Positions 1-8,363 of a stretch of DNA of 15,425 nucleotides are shown piece by piece. The number at the start of each line of letters is the position of its first letter. Positions within the stretch are counted from its first letter, which is position 1. Where the stretch lies: contig JAHQXC010000027.1 of NCBI GenBank assembly GCA_029856525.1, positions 1 through 15,425 of the forward strand. Reading direction: 5' to 3'. The notes beneath the pieces were generated by a model. It ran no database searches. It was not told the origin of the DNA and saw nothing but the letters and a program-made list of their open reading frames with translations. The position numbers and the translations under genes were made by a program. The DNA is from Candidatus Odinarchaeia archaeon (GTDB taxonomy: Archaea; Asgardarchaeota; Odinarchaeia; Odinarchaeales; Odinarchaeaceae).

Positions 1-65
1 GTTGAGTAAAAATCAGGTAAATAAGATAATTTTTATAAAGGGTTTTAACTTAAAATGGTTATCGC

Positions 66-77
66 AAAAGTTTATAA
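66..77 (+). promoter_or_regulatory. Putative BRE/TATA promoter of the rpl7ae operon
   Basis: AAAAG followed by TTTATAA (71-77), about 75 nt upstream of the rpl7ae ATG. A second TTTATAA lies near 32-38. Motif match only. Confidence 0.5.
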
Positions 78-106
78 CAGCTTTTGTAATCAGTTATCTA
101 AATTTG

Positions 107-149
107 ATAACTATGATTGATGAAGGCTGAGCCCTGAAGGAGGAGTTAT
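107..149 (+). promoter_or_regulatory. Putative kink-turn (C/D-box-like) element in the rpl7ae 5' leader, overlapping the SD
   Basis: UGAUGA (118-123), CUGA (127-130 and 134-137), flanking complementary ATAACT (107-112) and AGTTAT (144-149), SD GGAGGAG (139-145). Confidence 0.55.
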
Positions 150-152
150 AGA

Positions 153-521
153 ATGGTTAAACCAATTCATGTAAGATTTGAAGTTCCGGCTGATCTAGCT
201 GAGAAAACGTATCAAGCATTAGAGATAGTGAGAGATACAGGTAAGATTAGGAAAGGCACTAATGAGACAACTAAAGCTATTGAAAGAGGCTTAGCTAAAC
301 TAGTCGTCATCGCAGTTGATGTAGACCCGCCTGAAGTAGTCGCGCATATACCATTACTCTGCGAGGAGAAAAAAGTCCCCTATACTTACGTGCCTAGTAA
401 ACAGAAACTAGGCGCTTCCGCGGGCATAGATGTAAGCGCCTCAGCTGTAGCAGTTATCGATGAAGGTAAGGCTAAAGATCAAATAATTGAAATCACTAAA
501 AAAATATCTGAACTAAAATAA
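153..521 (+). CDS. rpl7ae: 50S ribosomal protein L7Ae (eL8), K-turn-binding protein
   Basis: [48 protein letters not shown] signature; strong SD. Confidence 0.98.
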   Translation: MVKPIHVRFEVPADLAEKTYQALEIVRDTGKIRKGTNETTKAIERGLAKLVVIAVDVDPPEVVAHIPLLCEEKKVPYTYVPSKQKLGASAGIDVSASAVAVIDEGKAKDQIIEITKKISELK

Positions 522-535
522 TCTGAGGTATTAAA

Positions 536-754
536 ATGAGCTCTCAGGAGGATACAGCTACACCGGCGGAGGTTATACAACTAGCCGGTAGAACAGGTAT
601 AACCGGTGAAATCATCCAGGTGAAGGTGAGAATATTAGCCGGTAAAGATAAAGGTAGAGTGCTAACCCGCAATGTTAAAGGTCCTGTAAGAATCGGAGAT
701 ATCTTAATGCTACGGGAGACTGAAAGAGAGGCTCGGAAAATAAAAATACGTTGA
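536..754 (+). CDS. rps28e: 30S ribosomal protein S28e
   Basis: [24 protein letters not shown]...[24 protein letters not shown] signature. Confidence 0.98.
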   Translation: MSSQEDTATPAEVIQLAGRTGITGEIIQVKVRILAGKDKGRVLTRNVKGPVRIGDILMLRETEREARKIKIR

Positions 755-768
755 TAAGAGGTTTTTAT

Positions 769-990
769 ATGAGAGTTTTTAAGTGCTCATTTTGCGGTGA
801 AGATATTCAAATAGGTAAGGGGCTAACATACTTTAAAATCGACGGAACGCCTCTTCATTTCTGTTCCTCTAAATGTAAGAAGAGCCTATTACTTTACAAT
901 AGGAAGCCTAGACGTGTTAAATGGACTAAACACTATCCTAGGCAGGCTCAACGTGAGGTAAAGTCGAATTCTAACCCTTCTACGACTTAG
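769..990 (+). CDS. rpl24e: 50S ribosomal protein L24e
   Basis: CSFCG...G...FCSSKC zinc motif and PRRVKWT. Start moved from the track's 751 to ATG 769, which follows SD GAGGT (758-762). Confidence 0.95.
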   Translation: MRVFKCSFCGEDIQIGKGLTYFKIDGTPLHFCSSKCKKSLLLYNRKPRRVKWTKHYPRQAQREVKSNSNPSTT

Positions 991-999
991 AAAAACTAA

Positions 1000-1668
1000 T
1001 CACTTTTTCCGTTCTTGAAGATTATCAGCTATTATTCTAACAAATTTTTTTATAATTGTTTCATCAGAGTCCACGCACTCCTCTTTCAGTAATTTAAAAA
1101 ACTCCTCTTCACAGTCTTCAATGCTTCTCTCCCCGGTAGCTATCAAGCGGCAAATCCCTCTAAGTTTTAACGTATTATCTATCCTAATCTTAGACCATCG
1201 TTTAATATAATCGTCGATAAGAGAATTAACAGTATCCCCCCCGGTTTCTTCGACACCAGCTTCTTTACGCCAAAGCGAGATCTCATATTTAGCCGTCTCC
1301 TCACCGTCTGAAGCATGTACTACATTAATTCCATTCCATATTCCATACTTACCTCTAATAGTATGAGGCTCAGCTTTCTCACTGAAAGTGTTACCGAGCA
1401 TTACTCTTATTGAAGGTATAACGTTTTCTCCTTCAATCACCATTGCTATAACAGGGCCTAGTGTAAGGTAGTCTACTAGTTTTTTAAAGAACGGCTTCTC
1501 TCTGTGAACTGAATAATGCTTCTCCGCTAAACTTTGAGAAGGCGTTACTTCTTTGAAGGCTTTTATCTTAAATGCTTTATTATCTCTAAACTCTTTTAAA
1601 ACACAGGCGCCCACGTAACGTCTCAGATACGCGTCAGGTTTTAATAAAACTAGCGTATTCTGTATCAT
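1000..1668 (-). CDS. ndk: Nucleoside diphosphate kinase with a long C-terminal extension
   Basis: TLVLLKPDA, HYSVHREKPFF, GPVIAM, TIRGKYG and NVVHASD (catalytic His). Probable start ATG 1668; GTG 1677 is the alternative. Confidence 0.93.
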   Translation of the reverse strand: MIQNTLVLLKPDAYLRRYVGACVLKEFRDNKAFKIKAFKEVTPSQSLAEKHYSVHREKPFFKKLVDYLTLGPVIAMVIEGENVIPSIRVMLGNTFSEKAEPHTIRGKYGIWNGINVVHASDGEETAKYEISLWRKEAGVEETGGDTVNSLIDDYIKRWSKIRIDNTLKLRGICRLIATGERSIEDCEEEFFKLLKEECVDSDETIIKKFVRIIADNLQERKK

Positions 1669-1737
1669 ATCAACCACAGTTTTTATTAGTAATGAAATTA
1701 TTGTTTTAAATGTTATTTAAAAATCTTTTAGTAACAG

Positions 1738-3525
1738 GTGGTTATATTGGTTAAAAGACAGCCGATTATAGCAGTCTTAGGTCATATAGACACAGGTAAG
1801 ACATCTCTACTAGATAAGATTAGAGGTACAGCGGTTCAGCTTAGAGAGGCTGGTGGAATAACTCAGCATGTGGGAGCGAGTTATTTACCGATAGAGACGA
1901 TAAAAGAATTCTGCGGTAGTTTACTTGAAAGACTAAACGTGGAGTTAACTATCCCTGGTTTACTTATCATCGATAGCCCAGGTCACGCTGTATTCATGAA
2001 TTTAAGGAGAAGAGCCGGGAGTGTTTGTGATCTAGCTGTTTTAGTCGTAGATTTAACAGCAGGATTCCAGCCTCAAACATACGAGTCTATAAGCATACTT
2101 AAAGAACGTAAAACACCGTTTATAGTAGCAGCTAATAAAATCGATCTCATACCAGGGTGGAAGTCTACTCAAAACGCATGTTTTTTAGACAGTTTCAAGT
2201 TACAGGATAAACAGGTTATAAAAGAGCTTGACGCTAAGATATATGAAATAATCGGTAATCTTTCAAATCTAGGTTTTCAATCTGAACGTTTTGATAGAAT
2301 AAGAGATTTTACAAGGAATATTGCGATAGTCCCTACTAGCGCTAAAACCGGGGAAGGAATCCCTGAGCTTTTAATGGTTTTAGCCGGTTTAGCGCAGCAG
2401 TATATGGCTAAAAAATTAGAGTTGAAAGATGAACCTGCGAGGGGGGTTATCTTAGAGGTTAAAGAGGAAGCAGGGCTAGGTGTAGCGGCTGATACCATAA
2501 TATATAATGGAATTCTTAGAAAAGGAGATACCGTGGTTGTAGGGACTTTAACAGAACCTCTTGTTACAAAGATTAAAGTTATACTTAAACCCAAGCCTTT
2601 AGATGAGATACGGGATCCACGTGAAAGATTTGATTCAGTCGACGAGGTTTGGGCTGCAGCCGGTGTTAAATTAGTCGCACCAGGTTTTGAACATATTATA
2701 GCAGGCGCTCCTATTATAGCTGTGGCTACCGAATCTGACATCCAGAAAGCTGTCACTGAGATTAAAGAGGAGATTAATAGAATAATAATAAACACGGATA
2801 AAACCGGTGTAGTGTTGAAAGCTGATGCTTTAGGTTCATTGGAGGCGATTATAGGCTATTTTAAGGAGCGTGGCTGTCCGATTAGAATAGCAGATGTAGG
2901 CGATGTCTCTAAACGCGATGTAATCGAAGCTGAAGTGGTAAGAGAAGAAGACCCTTACTCTTCGATAATCCTCGCTTTTAATGTGAAAGTTCTCCCCGAT
3001 GCTAAAGAAGAAGCTGAGAAGAAAAACATCCCTATTATTAAAAGCAATATTATCTATGATTTATTCGATAGATATGATGAATGGGTTAAATTAAAACGGG
3101 AGGAGGAGAGGAAAAAAATATTTGAAAACATAACATTACCTGGTAAATTCGAAATACTCCCAGGCTATGTTTTTAGAACAAGTAAGCCGGCGATTGTAGG
3201 TGTAAAGGTTTTAGCAGGTAAAATCTCAAGTAAAGTAGGTTTAATTAACCAGAACGGTGAAAAAATCGGGGAGATTCTTCAAATACAGGATAAAGGTCAG
3301 GTGATTCAGAAAGCCTCCGCCGGGCAATCCGTCGCGGTCTCTATAAGAGGGCCTACAGTCGGCCGTCAAATAAACGAAGGTGACATACTATTCGTAGATG
3401 TTCCTGAAAACGATGTGAGAATCTTAAACACTAAGCTTTCAGGCGAGCTCACCTCTGATGAAAAAGAGGCGCTTGAAGAATTAATTAAAATTAAAAGAAA
3501 AGTAAATAAATTCTGGGGTGTCTAA
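1738..3525 (+). CDS. infB: Translation initiation factor aIF5B (IF2/eIF5B)
   Basis: RQPIIAVLGHIDTGKTSLLDKIRGT, GGITQHVGA, NKID, TSAKTGEG, KADALGSLEA. Normal length, no intein. The true start may be TTG 1747. Confidence 0.98.
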   Translation: MVILVKRQPIIAVLGHIDTGKTSLLDKIRGTAVQLREAGGITQHVGASYLPIETIKEFCGSLLERLNVELTIPGLLIIDSPGHAVFMNLRRRAGSVCDLAVLVVDLTAGFQPQTYESISILKERKTPFIVAANKIDLIPGWKSTQNACFLDSFKLQDKQVIKELDAKIYEIIGNLSNLGFQSERFDRIRDFTRNIAIVPTSAKTGEGIPELLMVLAGLAQQYMAKKLELKDEPARGVILEVKEEAGLGVAADTIIYNGILRKGDTVVVGTLTEPLVTKIKVILKPKPLDEIRDPRERFDSVDEVWAAAGVKLVAPGFEHIIAGAPIIAVATESDIQKAVTEIKEEINRIIINTDKTGVVLKADALGSLEAIIGYFKERGCPIRIADVGDVSKRDVIEAEVVREEDPYSSIILAFNVKVLPDAKEEAEKKNIPIIKSNIIYDLFDRYDEWVKLKREEERKKIFENITLPGKFEILPGYVFRTSKPAIVGVKVLAGKISSKVGLINQNGEKIGEILQIQDKGQVIQKASAGQSVAVSIRGPTVGRQINEGDILFVDVPENDVRILNTKLSGELTSDEKEALEELIKIKRKVNKFWGV

Positions 3526-3644
3526 AGTTTTAACTAAAAATCATAGTTAAACGCAAAGTTCTTTATCAAAATAGTATAATTTAAATACGCTTCAATAAAA
3601 CTCTTTCATAAATTAAATCTAGTTTAAGAGTGGAGGTTTATTCA

Positions 3645-4034
3645 ATGCCCGAGTTTAAACTAGTTATATCAGATAGAGAGACTGGTAAAACAGTTCAAAT
3701 ACCGGTTAAAGACGCTAAAGCTAATGCTTTAATCGGCCGTAAAGTAAACGAGATTATCTCAGGGGATTTAATTGGACTACCAGGCTATGAGTTGAAGATA
3801 ACCGGTGGAAGTGACCGAGATGGCTTTCCTATAAGACCCGGCGTTCACGGACCGGGGCGGAAAGCAGTGTTAATCTCCCAGGGTCCAGGTATTAGAGATA
3901 AAGAGGTTAAGCGAAGAAAATATGTTAGAGGGGACACCATATCCCAGGATATAGTTCAAATAAACATGGTTATCACTAAGAAAGGTAAACGCTCCATAGA
4001 AGAGCTTGCCGGTTTAAAAGAGGAAGGGTCTTAA
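3645..4034 (+). CDS. rps6e: 30S ribosomal protein S6e
   Basis: FKLVISD...YELKITGGSDRDGFP...VRGDTISQDIVQIN. ATG 3645 follows SD GTGGAGG. Confidence 0.97.
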   Translation: MPEFKLVISDRETGKTVQIPVKDAKANALIGRKVNEIISGDLIGLPGYELKITGGSDRDGFPIRPGVHGPGRKAVLISQGPGIRDKEVKRRKYVRGDTISQDIVQINMVITKKGKRSIEELAGLKEEGS

Positions 4035-4060
4035 TAAAAATATAATGAGGCGCGTCTTTA

Positions 4061-5326
4061 ATGAGTTATGATATTGAAAGTAAGCTAGGTCAAGCCGTCG
4101 TTAACGTAGGCGTCGTCGGCCATGTCGATCACGGTAAAACTACACTAGTCCACGCTATAACAGGAGAGTGGACTGACCGGCATAGCGAGGAGATCAAAAG
4201 AGGAATCTCCATTAAACTAGGCTACTCTGATGTTACAATTTTCAGATGCCCTAACTGTCCTGAGATGGAATCATATACTACAAGAAATCTATCCCCGGCT
4301 CTGAAATGCGCTAAATGCGGGGGGGAGCTTACCCCTGTGAGGAAAATCTCATTTGTAGACGCGCCCGGTCATGAAGTGCTCATGGCGACTGTAATATCCG
4401 GCTCCTCTCTGATGGACGGCGCTCTACTTATAATCGCAGCGAATGAAAAATGCCCTCAACCCCAAACACGCGAGCATTTAGCTGTTTTACAGATAACAGG
4501 TATAAAAAATATAATAATCGTCCAAAATAAAGCGGAACTAGTGAGTGAACGAGAAGCCTTAGAAAATTATAAGCAAATTAAAGAATTTGTTAAAGGCACA
4601 GTCGCTGAGAACGCGCCCATTATCCCCACATCCGCTATTTTAAAAAAGAATATAGACATCGTCCTCTACGCTATTCAAAAATATATTCCAACACCTCAAA
4701 GAGATGACAGTAAACCACTGTTAATGTATGTTACAAGATCATTCGACGTTAATAAACCGGGATGTGAACCTCAAAACTTGCAGGGTGGTGTTTTAGGCGG
4801 TTCAATACTTCAAGGTAAGTTAAGTGTAGGTGAAACGATAGAAATAAGACCGGGTATAAAAATAGATAAACCAGGCGGAGCATCCTACACTCCTATAACC
4901 ACAACTGTGACAAGCTTGAAAGGAGGCGGTGTTGAGTTAAAAGAAGCCCGACCTGGCGGACTTATAGGAGTTGGAACAAAACTAGACCCGTCGCTAACAA
5001 AAGCCGACGGGTTTATAGGTAACGTGGTTGGAAGAGTTAACAGTTTACCACCCGTGGTTGATGAAATCACAATCTCCGTTAATTTAATGCAGAGGGCTGT
5101 AGGTACTAATGAACTTGTTCAAGTGGATGAAATCCAGTTGAAAGAACCTTTAATGGTTAACGTAGGAGCAACAGTTACAGTCGGCTTGGTGACGAAGATT
5201 TCAAATAACCAGGTTACTTTAAAGTTGAAGAGACCGGTGTGCGGTGAATCCAAGCAGAGAGTTGCTATAAGCCGTCAGATAAAAGGCCGGTGGAGGCTTA
5301 TAGGATGGGGTGAACTATTAGGATAA
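4061..5326 (+). CDS. eif2g: Translation initiation factor aIF2 gamma subunit
   Basis: VNVGVVGHVDHGKT, EEIKRGISIKLGY, zinc knuckle CPNC/CAKC, SFVDAPGHEVLM, CPQPQTREH, WRLIGWG. Confidence 0.98.
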   Translation: MSYDIESKLGQAVVNVGVVGHVDHGKTTLVHAITGEWTDRHSEEIKRGISIKLGYSDVTIFRCPNCPEMESYTTRNLSPALKCAKCGGELTPVRKISFVDAPGHEVLMATVISGSSLMDGALLIIAANEKCPQPQTREHLAVLQITGIKNIIIVQNKAELVSEREALENYKQIKEFVKGTVAENAPIIPTSAILKKNIDIVLYAIQKYIPTPQRDDSKPLLMYVTRSFDVNKPGCEPQNLQGGVLGGSILQGKLSVGETIEIRPGIKIDKPGGASYTPITTTVTSLKGGGVELKEARPGGLIGVGTKLDPSLTKADGFIGNVVGRVNSLPPVVDEITISVNLMQRAVGTNELVQVDEIQLKEPLMVNVGATVTVGLVTKISNNQVTLKLKRPVCGESKQRVAISRQIKGRWRLIGWGELLG

Positions 5327-5376
5327 AGCTTATCTTATATTTTTGAAAATTTTAAACCTAATTATAAGGCGTTCAA

Positions 5377-5778
5377 ATGATCGCAAAATTATTAATAGAC
5401 ACAAACTTTCTCATTCTACCTTTAAAAATGGGTAAAAATATTCGTATTCAACTCGATAACTTACTAAAAATAAAATATACTATAATCGTTTTAGAGGATT
5501 CGATAAGCGAGCTTAAATATGTGGATGCACGTTTTCACGAAAACCTCTCCTCTGATAGCTCTATACTCGAACAGTTATGGCCTGGTATAAAAATAGTTAA
5601 ATTCAACTCTCCAGCCGCCTATAAAGTAGACGATAAGATACTCGCTTACGCTGTGGAAAATAAATGTATAGTTGCAACGAATGATAGAGATTTAAGAATC
5701 CGGTTAAGAGATAAAGGTGTAGCAACCGTATATTTAAAGCATAGAAGCCGTCTAGCACTAGACGGAGATATTCCTTGA
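5377..5778 (+). CDS. PIN-domain ribonuclease (archaeal Fcf1/Utp24-like)
   Basis: LLIDTNFL, SISEL, VDDKIL, IVATNDRDL acidic PIN motifs; conserved position between eif2g and rpoE1. Confidence 0.9.
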   Translation: MIAKLLIDTNFLILPLKMGKNIRIQLDNLLKIKYTIIVLEDSISELKYVDARFHENLSSDSSILEQLWPGIKIVKFNSPAAYKVDDKILAYAVENKCIVATNDRDLRIRLRDKGVATVYLKHRSRLALDGDIP

Positions 5779-5903
5779 TTTTTCAAAAATAAATTATTAA
5801 ACATAAATATTTATAAATAAAGAAAATCATTCAATGCCAGCGTTAAATTAAAAATAACTGAAAAACTTATTAAACCGGAAGCTAAAACTGTAAAAATATT
5901 AAC

Positions 5904-5931
5904 AAACATATATAAGGTAACTTATATGTTT
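5904..5931. repeat. Imperfect inverted repeat over a TATA-like sequence upstream of rpoE1
   Basis: AAACATATATAAG-GTAA-CTTATATGTTT: 11-bp arms with a 2-nt bulge. Confidence 0.6.
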
Positions 5932-5979
5932 ATAGATTATTCGATACCTATCCGCTAATCTTATTGAGAGGCTGATTTC

Positions 5980-6558
5980 ATGTATAAACTGTTAACTGTA
6001 AGAGATAATATTCGCATACCCCCATCCAGATTCGGCGAGGAGATTGAGAAGGTTTCCCTTGAAATATTAAGAGAAACATATGAGGGGGTTATGACAGCCG
6101 AGTTAGGTTTCATAATCGCTGTTATAAAAGTTTTAGAACTCGGTCCAGGTAGAATAATACCAGGAGACGGTGCAACATATCATAATGTAGTTTTTGAAGC
6201 TTTAGCGTTTAAACCAGAACTTCAACAAATAGTTGAAGGAGAAGTGGTTGAAGTAGTCGACTTCGGTGTCTTCATCAGATTAGGACCACTAGACGGGCTC
6301 TGTCATGTAAGCCAGGTAACCGACGACTTCATCAGCTACGATCAGAAAAGATCAGCGCTACTTGGAAAGGAAAGCGGCCGTGTTCTATCTGTAGGCGATC
6401 ACGTGCGAGCTAGAATTATCGCAGTCAGCTTAAAAGGCGGCTCTAGAAGCGGTAAAATAGGGTTAACTATGAGACAGCCATACCTCGGTAAAATCGAGTG
6501 GATTAAAGAGGATGCTAAAAAAATTATAGAAGCTAAGGAGTCTAAAAAGTCTAGTTAA
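5980..6558 (+). CDS. rpoE1: RNA polymerase subunit Rpo7 (E', Rpb7 homologue)
   Basis: IRIPPSRFGE, GRIIPGDGATYH, FGVFIRLGPLDGLCHVSQV, KIGLTMRQPYLGK. Confidence 0.98.
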   Translation: MYKLLTVRDNIRIPPSRFGEEIEKVSLEILRETYEGVMTAELGFIIAVIKVLELGPGRIIPGDGATYHNVVFEALAFKPELQQIVEGEVVEVVDFGVFIRLGPLDGLCHVSQVTDDFISYDQKRSALLGKESGRVLSVGDHVRARIIAVSLKGGSRSGKIGLTMRQPYLGKIEWIKEDAKKIIEAKESKKSS

Positions 6559-6574
6559 AGTAACGGTGGTGTAA

Positions 6575-6760
6575 ATGAAGGAGCGCGCGTGTAAAACATG
6601 CAGGCGAATAGTGAAGACTCAGATCTGCCCTAATTGTAAAACATACACTTTATCATATGATTACGACGGTCTTGTAATAATAAACGATTATCAGAATTCT
6701 CAAATCGCCGAGAAATTAAACATCAATGAAAACGGTAAATACGCTTTGAAGGTAAGATAG
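6575..6760 (+). CDS. spt4: Transcription elongation factor Spt4 (RpoE'')
   Basis: ACKTC...CPNC zinc ribbon, GLVIIND...SQIAEKLNI...GKYALKVR. Confidence 0.96.
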   Translation: MKERACKTCRRIVKTQICPNCKTYTLSYDYDGLVIINDYQNSQIAEKLNINENGKYALKVR

Positions 6761-7284
6761 TGAAAACACGGAAGATTACACCCGAATTAAGAGACTACTT
6801 GAAAAAACCGTTAGGACAGCTGATAAAATTAGAAGGCGATGCGCAGATAGATCTGTTAATGAGAGTGATAACGGAATATAATCCTGTGAAAATAATAAGT
6901 GTAGGGGATGTGATAACGGAAACCCTTTTAAAAAATAACATCACCCCAGACCTGTATATTATAGATGGGAAAACTTTAAGAAATAAATTCATCTCCAATC
7001 TCATATCTAAATGCGATCTAAAAATAGTTAATAAACCTGGAACCGTTGATTCCTCAGCTTGGTCGGCTATTGAAACCTGTTTACAGCAAGGTGGAAGGAA
7101 AGGATTATTGGTTGAAGGTGAGGAAGATTTATTAGTACTTCCGTCTGTTATACTAGCACCGCTTGGGTCAGCGGTACTCTACGGGCAACCCGGTGAAGGC
7201 GTCGTTATTATAAAAGTCGACTTTGAAACTAAACAAGCTTTTCGAAAAATTCTAGATTTAATGGAGGAGACAGCTGATGAGTAA
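6760..7284 (+). CDS. dpck: GTP-dependent dephospho-CoA kinase (DUF359 family)
   Basis: LKKPLG, ISVGDVIT, IIDGKTLR, VEGEEDLL, YGQPGEG motifs; conserved position between spt4 and rps24e. Confidence 0.9.
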   Translation: MKTRKITPELRDYLKKPLGQLIKLEGDAQIDLLMRVITEYNPVKIISVGDVITETLLKNNITPDLYIIDGKTLRNKFISNLISKCDLKIVNKPGTVDSSAWSAIETCLQQGGRKGLLVEGEEDLLVLPSVILAPLGSAVLYGQPGEGVVIIKVDFETKQAFRKILDLMEETADE

Positions 7285-7636
7285 GGAGATTGAAATAATA
7301 AACGATTTTAAAAACCCGTTACTTAGTAGAAGAGAATTGACATTGATAATAAGCCACCTCGGCGGCGGCACACCGAACCGTTTAGATATTAGAAAGAAGA
7401 TAGCTTCCAAGTTTGGTGAGGAAATAGATAAAATATACGTTAAAAAAATAATTCAACAAGCTGATAATACTTGTAAAGTCCTCGCCAACATCTATGAGAG
7501 TAAAGAGATCGCTTTAAAAATCGAGCCTGACTATATTATAAAAAGGAACTCTGAGGTTAAAGAAGAGAAGGCTCAGGCTGAATCCGGCGAAGCAGCTGGT
7601 GAAAAACCAGCAGCTGAAACCGATAAGGAGGAATAA
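7277..7636 (+). CDS. rps24e: 30S ribosomal protein S24e with an acidic/Ala-rich tail
   Basis: NPLLSRREL...H.GGGTPNRLDIR...ANIYES...EPDYIIKRN. Confidence 0.96.
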   Translation: MSKEIEIINDFKNPLLSRRELTLIISHLGGGTPNRLDIRKKIASKFGEEIDKIYVKKIIQQADNTCKVLANIYESKEIALKIEPDYIIKRNSEVKEEKAQAESGEAAGEKPAAETDKEE

Positions 7637-7638
7637 AA

Positions 7639-7800
7639 ATGAGCGTTAAAGATTATTTTAAAATAGAGGGTGATAAACTAATTCGTTTAAAAAGGAATTG
7701 CCCCCGTTGCGGTCCAGGTACATATATGGCTGAGCACAGTGACAGGTTTTCATGCGGTAAGTGCGGTTGGACTGTTTTTAAAAAACAGGATAAAACATGA
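7639..7800 (+). CDS. rps27ae: 30S ribosomal protein S27ae (eS31), 53 aa, absent from the ORF track
   Basis: Hand translation: MSVKDYFKIEGDKLIRLKRNCPRCGPGTYMAEHSDRFSCGKCGWTVFKKQDKT. CxxC/CxxC zinc finger; directly follows rps24e. Confidence 0.97.
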   Translation: MSVKDYFKIEGDKLIRLKRNCPRCGPGTYMAEHSDRFSCGKCGWTVFKKQDKT

Positions 7801-7826
7801 TCTTAATTTTCAGGAGCATGTAAAAA

Positions 7827-8363
7827 TTGTTTAAAAAAATAGACGACGCTTCACTCCTAGCTTTAGCTCAGCTACTAGAACTTGATGCAACTGCAGGAGT
7901 GTTAAAAGTATTCAATCAAAGAGTGGGGATATTCCCAATTAACGCTGTTCTCCAATTATTCGATGAGATTAAAAATCAAATAGATTCAAATAACTTTAAT
8001 GAGATAATTAAAAACGCAGGGGTTAAATTCGGTGAAAAACTTTTAGATACTATTCTCTCACTGGATAAAGAGGATTTAATCGAGTTTAACCCTCTTCAAG
8101 GACGTGAAGCCCTATCAAGGATTCTATCATTTTTCGGGTTTGGTAAAATAGAGTATCTAACAGGCTTCAAAGATAACACCGCGATCCTCAACTATTATAA
8201 TTCTCCTGCAAAAGAAGTGGATAGTGATACTTTCTGTCTACTAATATCAGGAGTTTTAGAAGGGGTTTTAGGCAAATTATATTCGAGGAAGGTTAAAGTT
8301 GAAGAAATAAAATGTGTTAAGCGTAAAAATAAATTCTGCTCTTTTAAAATATTTTTCAGCTAA
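7827..8363 (+). CDS. V4R-domain protein (V4R/TRAPP-Bet3-like fold)
   Basis: NAGVKFGEK, SFFGFGKIE, FCLLISGVLEGVLGKLY and VKVEEIKCVKRKNKFCSFKI match the V4R pattern. TTG start after AGGAG. Confidence 0.8.
   Translation: MFKKIDDASLLALAQLLELDATAGVLKVFNQRVGIFPINAVLQLFDEIKNQIDSNNFNEIIKNAGVKFGEKLLDTILSLDKEDLIEFNPLQGREALSRILSFFGFGKIEYLTGFKDNTAILNYYNSPAKEVDSDTFCLLISGVLEGVLGKLYSRKVKVEEIKCVKRKNKFCSFKIFFS

Noticed and set aside
2277-2795. 172-aa antisense ORF
   Set aside because: Shadow ORF entirely within infB, with no recognisable motif.
1738-3525. Intein in aIF5B
   Set aside because: Length is normal and the sequence is collinear with the family; no intein or LAGLIDADG motifs.
4885-5070. 61-aa antisense ORF
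   Set aside because: Shadow ORF of eif2g.
6795-7004. 69-aa antisense ORF
   Set aside because: Shadow ORF of the DUF359 kinase gene.
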